From a virus (Duplodnaviria; Caudoviricetes): a DNA stretch of 64,000 bases. The notes beneath the pieces are model-generated. The model ran no database searches. It saw only the letters and a list, made by a program, of their open reading frames with translations, and had not been told where the DNA came from. The translations under genes were made by a program, and so were the position numbers. The DNA lies in IMG/VR virus record IMGVR_UViG_3300011989_000010, positions 23,880-87,879 of that record. One strand, written 5' to 3'. Below, piece by piece: positions 58,035 through 64,000 of the stretch; position 1 is the stretch's first letter, and each line of letters starts with the position of its first letter.

Positions 58035-58070
58035 AAAAAAAAGGAAGAAAAAAAAATTCTTCCTTTTTTT
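58035..58070. terminator. Bidirectional terminator
   Basis: AAAAAAAGGAAGAA...TTCTTCCTTTTTTT. Confidence 0.8.
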
Positions 58071-58452
58071 ATTGCGGCAAAATAACGATAGTTAAATCTT
58101 CTCTAACGGGCATATTTAAATTGCCTGTCGGATATTCAGTTTCATCTGATTTTATTTCCCCAAAAGTTAATTCAAACGTACCCTTAAATGTACCTGCTTC
58201 TTTAGTGTCACGTGGTTTCCAATCATAGCAGATGACATATTTATCAACGCACCCATCATCCTCTTTTAATTTGATATAGCAAGGTGCTTTTGCTATTTTT
58301 GTTATTTTGGTATCAACATTAACCATTGTGAATGTAATCGTACAATTTTGGACTGATTCATAGAATTTTCTAAAATCGTGTCTTCCATCTTCAATTAATT
58401 CCATACGTAATGTTGGTAAAGTGCTATTTTGTCGTATGTAGAAGTACTGCAT
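58069..58452 (-). CDS. BppU-N/Ig-like baseplate-associated protein
   Basis: YIRQNSTLPTLRMEL...ITFTM...YDWKPRDT...GTFKGTFEL. Sense TATTTAT at 58470-58476. Confidence 0.65.
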   Translation of the reverse strand: MQYFYIRQNSTLPTLRMELIEDGRHDFRKFYESVQNCTITFTMVNVDTKITKIAKAPCYIKLKEDDGCVDKYVICYDWKPRDTKEAGTFKGTFELTFGEIKSDETEYPTGNLNMPVREDLTIVILPQ

Positions 58453-58481
58453 TGTTCAAACGTTTCTATATAAATATTTCG

Positions 58482-58877
58482 TCAAGTCATTAAAATATTC
58501 TTCATAGCTAACTTTCTTTCAACCTCTTCCAATGTCTCACCGAACATAAAAAACAAACGTCCATCTTCAGGATATTCATCGTAGTCGTCAATATTCTCGA
58601 AACACAAGCTGACTACGCCGTCCATTGCTTGTTTAAATGAAAAACACCCGTTATCTTGAATTAAGTCAAATCCAATCGTAGTCTTCACAATACATATTTT
58701 ATTAATTTTATTTAAATCTATTTCAAAATCATTTAGTAAGCCACAAATAGAATCAATATCTTCATCATCATTAAAAGGACAAGTTTTTTCATTACTAAAA
58801 AAAAATTCATATCGGTATTTACCATCTTCTTCTCGTCCTAATAATTTTACAAAAACTAAATATTCATTCATATACAC
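58482..58877 (-). CDS. Hypothetical protein, paralogue of 60063..60479
   Basis: Shared G(R/Q)EEDGxYRYEFxF, LIQxxGCF, DGVVSLCF and FGxTxxEV motifs. Confidence 0.75.
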   Translation of the reverse strand: MYMNEYLVFVKLLGREEDGKYRYEFFFSNEKTCPFNDDEDIDSICGLLNDFEIDLNKINKICIVKTTIGFDLIQDNGCFSFKQAMDGVVSLCFENIDDYDEYPEDGRLFFMFGETLEEVERKLAMKNILMT

Positions 58878-60037
58878 TTTTTTATTTCTTCTTTAAGTTC
58901 GTTATAATCAGCTAAAACAACAAAAGGATAATTTTTAATTTCATCATATTTTTTATATGAAAAATAAAGTATCTTACATTTATTTTGTGCTGATAAAAAA
59001 TTTTTTCTTTTATCGTATAATAAGTTTTTCTTAAATTGTTTTTCTCCACCAAAAAGTTTTATAGGAAAAAAATGTTGCTCACCTTGATATTCAATAGCTA
59101 AATTATGTTTTGGGAAATAAAAGTCAAATGTCTGTCCTTTTAGCCAATTTGGTCTTGCTTGATAAATTATCTCTTCATTAATAAAATCTTTTTCTAACTC
59201 ATTTTTTAATTTTAATTCTTTAGAACTTTTCCCTCTAAAGCACATCGGGCAGCCAAACCCTGATAAATGATTAGTTGCTCGTTGCCAAAATTCACCATGT
59301 TCAGGGCATATAATGCAAACTTTTTCTTTAGCTGATTTGTAATCTACTTTGGAATAATCATACTTATCTCCATGCACAATTTTTGCTTTTTCTATAAATT
59401 CTTCAGTTGATGAAGTATTGTTAGCACTATTTAATTCGTTCCTACAAGCAAAACAACCTTTACCTGACAAATGATTTGATGGGAATTGCCAAAATTCACG
59501 ATGTTTAGGACATATTATGCAAACCTTTTCTTTATTTCCTTTGTATACAACTTTAGAATAATCATATTTATCTCCATGTATATTTTTTGCCTTTTCTATA
59601 AATTCTTCAGTTGTTAGCCTAATGGAATTTAAAGTTTTTATTCTGCCACATTTAGGGCATCCGTTGCCATGTAAATGGTCTGATGGTGTTTGCCAAAATT
59701 CGCCGTGTTCAGGACATATTATACATATTTTTTCCTCATTATTCTTCCCATATTTCGCTTTAGAATAATCATATTTATCGCCGTGAACCTTTTTAGCTTT
59801 ACTTATGAATTCTTCAATAGGCATTGTTTGTTTTTTGCCTGATTCCTCTCTTCCACATAAGTAACACCCTCTACCTAATAAATGATTTGCAGGCTCTTGC
59901 CAAAATTCACCGTGTTTAGGGCATATAATACAAACTTTTGTGTGCGCATTTTTATATATAGTTTTTGAATAGTCATATTTGTCGTGATGTATTTCTTTAG
60001 CTTTTTTAATAAATTCTTCAGTGGTTAATGCTTTCAT
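58868..60037 (-). CDS. Free-standing homing-endonuclease-like protein: repeated zinc modules plus PD-(D/E)XK domain
   Basis: Four ~70-aa repeats EEFIxKAKxxHGDKYDYSK...VCIICPxHGEFWQxxxxHLxGxGCxxC, then FDFYFPKHNLAIEYQGEQHF. Confidence 0.85.
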   Translation of the reverse strand: MKALTTEEFIKKAKEIHHDKYDYSKTIYKNAHTKVCIICPKHGEFWQEPANHLLGRGCYLCGREESGKKQTMPIEEFISKAKKVHGDKYDYSKAKYGKNNEEKICIICPEHGEFWQTPSDHLHGNGCPKCGRIKTLNSIRLTTEEFIEKAKNIHGDKYDYSKVVYKGNKEKVCIICPKHREFWQFPSNHLSGKGCFACRNELNSANNTSSTEEFIEKAKIVHGDKYDYSKVDYKSAKEKVCIICPEHGEFWQRATNHLSGFGCPMCFRGKSSKELKLKNELEKDFINEEIIYQARPNWLKGQTFDFYFPKHNLAIEYQGEQHFFPIKLFGGEKQFKKNLLYDKRKNFLSAQNKCKILYFSYKKYDEIKNYPFVVLADYNELKEEIKKCI

Positions 60038-60062
60038 TAAATCTATTTTTTTTTTTATTTGC

Positions 60063-60479
60063 TTAGCTTATTAATATATTATTTTTGGCTAATTGTTCTG
60101 CGACTTCATCATACGTGTCCCCAAAATTAAGTATTATTGGCTGATTTAAATCTTCATCTAAAGAAAAACATAAACTAACTACACCATCCATGCAATCTTG
60201 CATTCCGAAGCAACCACTGTTTTGTATTAAATAAAATTGTATTTTTGTTTTTACTATATGTGTTTCAGTCTTATATTCTTCTGCTACCATTAAACCATTA
60301 ACAATAGAGCAAGGCTTATATTCAAAATCATCACCCCATACTTCATCAGGATTATCAGTAAATATGAATTCATATCTATAATTTCCATCTTCCTCTTGAC
60401 CTACTAAATTTACAAAACATAAATAAACAGGTTTATTTTCAGTTAAATCTTCGTTCATTTTTTTACTTTTCTTTTTCAC
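60063..60479 (-). CDS. Hypothetical protein, paralogue of 58482..58877
   Basis: Same motifs as the paralogue. Start overlaps the helicase stop. Confidence 0.75.
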   Translation of the reverse strand: MKKKSKKMNEDLTENKPVYLCFVNLVGQEEDGNYRYEFIFTDNPDEVWGDDFEYKPCSIVNGLMVAEEYKTETHIVKTKIQFYLIQNSGCFGMQDCMDGVVSLCFSLDEDLNQPIILNFGDTYDEVAEQLAKNNILIS

Positions 60480-62427
60480 TTACAATTATTTGGTCGATAA
60501 CATTTTGTTTTCCTCTAACAATTTCAAGCATATGGTCAAAATAAGTCCCATTAAAAGACTGATAATAAACAGTGCAAGGTTTGGTTTGGCTTAAACGATG
60601 TATTCTATTTTCAGCCTGTAAGTTATCACTTGGTGTGAATGAGAAATTGTTAAATACAACCACATCTCCTGCCGTTAATGTCAGGCCAACAGACGCACTT
60701 TGAATGTTGCCAATAAAAACCTTTATATTATCGTTATTTTGAAACTGCTCAACGGCATCATTCTTTTTCTTCAAACTAATTTTACCATTATGGAAAACTG
60801 ATATGCTCTTAAATGCCTCTTTAAAAGTATTAATTTCGTTGTCATATGCACAAAATATAATAACTTTGTGATTCTTTTCAATGCACTTATTGACAAGTGA
60901 AATCGTTCTTGGTATCATCTTATCAGCAAGCCACTGCCTTAGGATGCTGCCTTCGATAAGTTTCTTATATTTTTCTGAATTTTCTACGTCTTTTTCAGTT
61001 TCCAACTGATTCTGATAGTCTTCCCAAACATTATTATAAGAAGCCTCCTCTTCAGGTGATAAAGTATAGTGAAGAAATTTCACTCTTTTCTCAACCATAT
61101 TCTTTAAATCATTAGTTACACGTCTTAAATAAAATGGTTTGATGATTTCTTGAAGTTCGTCCATATTAGTATCTTCACCTGGTATGATAATCTTAGGACA
61201 TTTCTTTTCAAGATATTCATCTAAATGACGTTTTTCATCATAAGTTAGGTCAGCCCAAGCATTTTTGCCATGTTGCTTTAGAAAAATGTTAGTATATGCC
61301 GTTCTGGGACCTTTTTTATAGAAAACTTTAGCACCACAATACTTTGTCATGTAGTCTTCCCAATTGTCAGTGACTCTACAACCAATAATTTTAAGCAAAT
61401 TGTAAAGGTTGTGTGCTCCATTTGTAATCATAGTACCTGTTAACTCAAAAATTCCCTCAGGTTTACTCCTTTTTAGAAGGTCTTTAATGATTTTAAAGCG
61501 TCCTGATGTTGAATTTGACAATCTATGAGCCTCATCAATGATAAAAAGGTCAAAATTTGACTTATATAACTGACTTTTATCCATTGCATCAGAAATAACC
61601 TGAGTATTTCTTGATACAATTTCCCTTTCCTTTACCTCAGTTACGATATTTCCATCATCATCTACGTTTAATTCCTTCTTTTTGATTTTTTGTGTTGGGA
61701 TTTTATAGAATGAATTTAATATATCATAATTTATGATTGTAAATTTCGCATCGTCCCATTTTGAGCCATTAACAATTGTTATATCTTTTTCATCAACGTA
61801 GTTTTTCAGCTCATTTTTCCATGTTTCCTTAACTGAAGCAGGACAAACAACCAAAATGTGCTTATAACCACCTGCAAGTGCTGCAACAATGGCAGAAACC
61901 GATTTCCCCAGGCCCATCTCATCCGCTAAAATAGCCTTTTTACGTGTTACAAGGAACTTTACAGCGTCTTCTTGATGAGGATAGAGAGTTCTTCCACTAC
62001 GTTTATTATAAGGGCTAAAATCTATTTCTTTTTTAGTCCAATCTTCTAATAGAAAATCAGTTAAAATTGCACTTTTTGGAACGAACATCATTTTAGCCTC
62101 AACTGATTGTCTATATTTGGCATAAAATATGTAAGTAGTGCTTGTATCTCCAATATACCAACCAATAACCAGTTTTTTAGGCGTAAAATCAGTACCCCAT
62201 TCTTCCTTTTTCTTTTCTCCCCACCAAGTGGCCACTTTAACCACTTTATTTATCAAAATAGGTTTTTTATTGTAGTTTTTTAGAATAAATTCAACTTGGA
62301 AATCATTTAATTGGGCTATTTTATATGCATATACGTTATTTTTAAGAGTTATGATGTATGGATTCTCACCATCATAATCCTTAAGTATTTGATATGCTTC
62401 TTCTGTCTTTTTTAATGATATTGCCAT
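60463..62427 (-). CDS. SNF2-family (SF2) helicase
   Basis: LYPHQ, ILADEMGLGKS, LVVCPASV, FIIDEAH, LTGT, GLTLTAG, QAENRIHRLSQ. Confidence 0.93.
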   Translation of the reverse strand: MAISLKKTEEAYQILKDYDGENPYIITLKNNVYAYKIAQLNDFQVEFILKNYNKKPILINKVVKVATWWGEKKKEEWGTDFTPKKLVIGWYIGDTSTTYIFYAKYRQSVEAKMMFVPKSAILTDFLLEDWTKKEIDFSPYNKRSGRTLYPHQEDAVKFLVTRKKAILADEMGLGKSVSAIVAALAGGYKHILVVCPASVKETWKNELKNYVDEKDITIVNGSKWDDAKFTIINYDILNSFYKIPTQKIKKKELNVDDDGNIVTEVKEREIVSRNTQVISDAMDKSQLYKSNFDLFIIDEAHRLSNSTSGRFKIIKDLLKRSKPEGIFELTGTMITNGAHNLYNLLKIIGCRVTDNWEDYMTKYCGAKVFYKKGPRTAYTNIFLKQHGKNAWADLTYDEKRHLDEYLEKKCPKIIIPGEDTNMDELQEIIKPFYLRRVTNDLKNMVEKRVKFLHYTLSPEEEASYNNVWEDYQNQLETEKDVENSEKYKKLIEGSILRQWLADKMIPRTISLVNKCIEKNHKVIIFCAYDNEINTFKEAFKSISVFHNGKISLKKKNDAVEQFQNNDNIKVFIGNIQSASVGLTLTAGDVVVFNNFSFTPSDNLQAENRIHRLSQTKPCTVYYQSFNGTYFDHMLEIVRGKQNVIDQIIVSEKEK

Positions 62428-62515
62428 TATATTTTATATTTCATATAAAATATAACTTTTTTCTTGAACAAATCAAGTATGACAATTTTATTAAGGATAA
62501 AAGATATTTATTAAT

Positions 62516-63049
62516 ATGGACTTTAATAAAAATATACCAAGACGAGTACCAATCAATAGGAATAACCTGTTTTACTCTGAAGAAGATTTCGCCTTTGAAA
62601 GAGAAGTAGGTAAAAACTATATTGAACAAGATATGAATCAGACTGTTGTGCTATATCAAGTTGACTTGGACAAAACAAATGCAGATGCTTTATATGGAGA
62701 GACCCAAGCCAATCAAGTGGTATATAAACCGCCTGTAGAGATTCATTGCGTTTATGAAATTAGTGAACCTGAATTGAAATCCTATGATAAAACAAAGAAT
62801 TTAGGTACATATATGAAAACAGGTAAACTTACAATTGGTGTTTACCAAGAAACACTTGACGAATTAGGTGTTGACATCAAGAAGGGTGATTACATAGGTG
62901 TTCAGATTAGTCAGACACATATGGAGTATTTCACCGTTTCTAATGATGGAAGAAATAACTACGATAACGCTCATACGTTATTTGGAATCGAACCTTTATT
63001 TCGCACAATTGAATGTTATAGCGTCGATACTAGCGAATTCAGTGCGTAA
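62516..63049 (+). CDS. Putative neck/head-completion protein (gp14-like)
   Basis: Pattern VLYQVDL...DALYGE...PPVEI...VDIKKGDYI resembles head-tail adaptors. TATTTAT at 62505-62511. Confidence 0.45.
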   Translation: MDFNKNIPRRVPINRNNLFYSEEDFAFEREVGKNYIEQDMNQTVVLYQVDLDKTNADALYGETQANQVVYKPPVEIHCVYEISEPELKSYDKTKNLGTYMKTGKLTIGVYQETLDELGVDIKKGDYIGVQISQTHMEYFTVSNDGRNNYDNAHTLFGIEPLFRTIECYSVDTSEFSA

Positions 63050-63139
63050 CTACAGGTTATCTTTTTATGGTACTGAAGCCTAACTTTTTGAATTTTTTTT
63101 AAAAAAAAAACTTATTTAAATGATTATCGAATTCGAAGC

Positions 63140-63868
63140 ATGAAAAGAATTATTATAACAGAACAACAACTTAAATTGTTCGAATATAGCATGAATAATC
63201 CTGAAGACCAAACAGTTTTAAACATAGTAAAGGCTTTGAAACGATTTGGTATAGATATGAAACCAGGTGGTGGATTAGGTAATTCATACTATTCAGTGGA
63301 AAAATTACCAATGATTATTGGTGGTAAAAGAAGATTTGGATATTTGCGTGTTTCTAACCATCCTGTTGATGTTTCAGTGTGGGAAAGGAATTCCAACTCT
63401 ATATATGGAGTTAATATAACTTTATCAAAAACCAACGTTTTTTCTAAACATGGAACTACTTCACAAGTACCTATTCAAATAGCAAACTATAACTTAGATT
63501 CATATGATTATGGTGCTTTTTCAAATGGTAATAAAATGAGAATGTTAGTTAGTGACATTTTGGCTATGTTTAATAGAGGTTGGAATAGAAATATTATTGA
63601 CGGACAAAGACCAATTGCCATTATATCAGGCAATGGTAGATGTCGTTTAGCACCAATATCTGAAATGAAACCTTTAAATGATAGAGAAATTGAGATAGTC
63701 AGAAGAGAAAATAATGCAATTAGGAGCAGAAATCAGAACTTTAGAAGACCTCAACGAGATAGGTTTAGAACTAACGTAACTGACGTACCTGTTCAGCCAC
63801 AAAGAATCATGAGACCAAGGAGAAAGAGAATTAATCCTGACGATTTAAATAATAAGTGGACTATCTGA
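63140..63868 (+). CDS. Hypothetical protein with MKRIIITEQQLKLFE leader and Arg-rich tail
   Basis: 242 aa. Central YLRVSNH motif, basic C-terminus. Confidence 0.7.
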   Translation: MKRIIITEQQLKLFEYSMNNPEDQTVLNIVKALKRFGIDMKPGGGLGNSYYSVEKLPMIIGGKRRFGYLRVSNHPVDVSVWERNSNSIYGVNITLSKTNVFSKHGTTSQVPIQIANYNLDSYDYGAFSNGNKMRMLVSDILAMFNRGWNRNIIDGQRPIAIISGNGRCRLAPISEMKPLNDREIEIVRRENNAIRSRNQNFRRPQRDRFRTNVTDVPVQPQRIMRPRRKRINPDDLNNKWTI

Positions 63869-63916
63869 ATAGTTCCCTTTTTGTTTTAATATTTATATAT
63901 AAAATTAATTTAATAT

Positions 63917-64000
63917 ATGATATACTTAAAAGAATTTAACACGGAAAGTGATTATATTGCTTATAGAGATGGCAGTAATTATCAAAAGCCGAATGTGTCG
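63917..64000 (+). CDS. 5' end of a third member of the lectin-gene leader family (truncated by the window)
   Basis: MIYLKEFNTESDYIAYRDGSNYQKPNVS closely matches the start of the gene at 17542. TATTTAT at 63890-63896. Confidence 0.75.
   Translation, partial: MIYLKEFNTESDYIAYRDGSNYQKPNVS

Noticed and set aside
57966-58070. CRISPR array next to the large TnpB-like gene
   Set aside because: No repeated 25-40-nt unit with spacers. The CTTCGAAACG segment occurs once, paired with its upstream complement.
63030-63140. Short palindromes (GCGAATTC, TCGAATTCGA) and a T/A run before 63140
   Set aside because: Too short to distinguish from chance, and no larger element boundary or repeat could be supported.
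1-64000. TAG-to-Gln recoding (code 15), as reported for Lak megaphages
   Set aside because: Very long ORFs (1709, 1108, 998 aa) and all core genes are intact under the standard code. TAG ends genes at natural C-termini (for example 15101-15103 and 4851-4853), and I saw no gene fragmented by TAG.
1-64000. Reverse transcriptase, tRNA or rRNA genes
   Set aside because: No YxDD RT-domain ORF and no tRNA T-loop/cloverleaf or rRNA-like stretch was recognised by eye. tRNAscan-SE and an RT HMM would be needed for certainty.

Overview
This window is a gene-dense, AT-rich segment of a very large T4-like (jumbo/mega) tailed phage, most likely infecting Bacteroidota (Prevotella/Bacteroides-like). The host inference rests on exact TTTG-N20-TAnnTTTG promoters, the absence of obvious Shine-Dalgarno motifs and Bacteroidota-type lectin domains. 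Head module: intein-split portal (5' truncated), inverted prohead protease, acidic scaffold and major capsid protein. Other core genes: tail-fibre and baseplate genes, a gp55-like late sigma factor, family B DNA polymerase, SNF2 helicase, PhoH, dUTPase, an IMPDH/GMP-reductase family enzyme and five glycosyltransferases. Mobile or selfish elements: a non-autonomous IS200/IS605 tnpB element with resolvable ends, a second unusually large TnpB-like nuclease with a structured 3' RNA, and two free-standing endonucleases. The strongest leads are: (1) a C-type-lectin gene whose 3' end looks like a diversity-generating-retroelement variable region, with no template repeat or reverse transcriptase found in the window; (2) a paralogue switched off by a poly-C frameshift; (3) the large TnpB and its RNA; (4) a recurring short (I/L)xE-rich leader on many unrelated proteins that may target them to the capsid; (5) a sense-strand TATTTAT late-promoter candidate. 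The standard genetic code gives intact long ORFs. All product calls come from motifs read by eye; no database searches were run.
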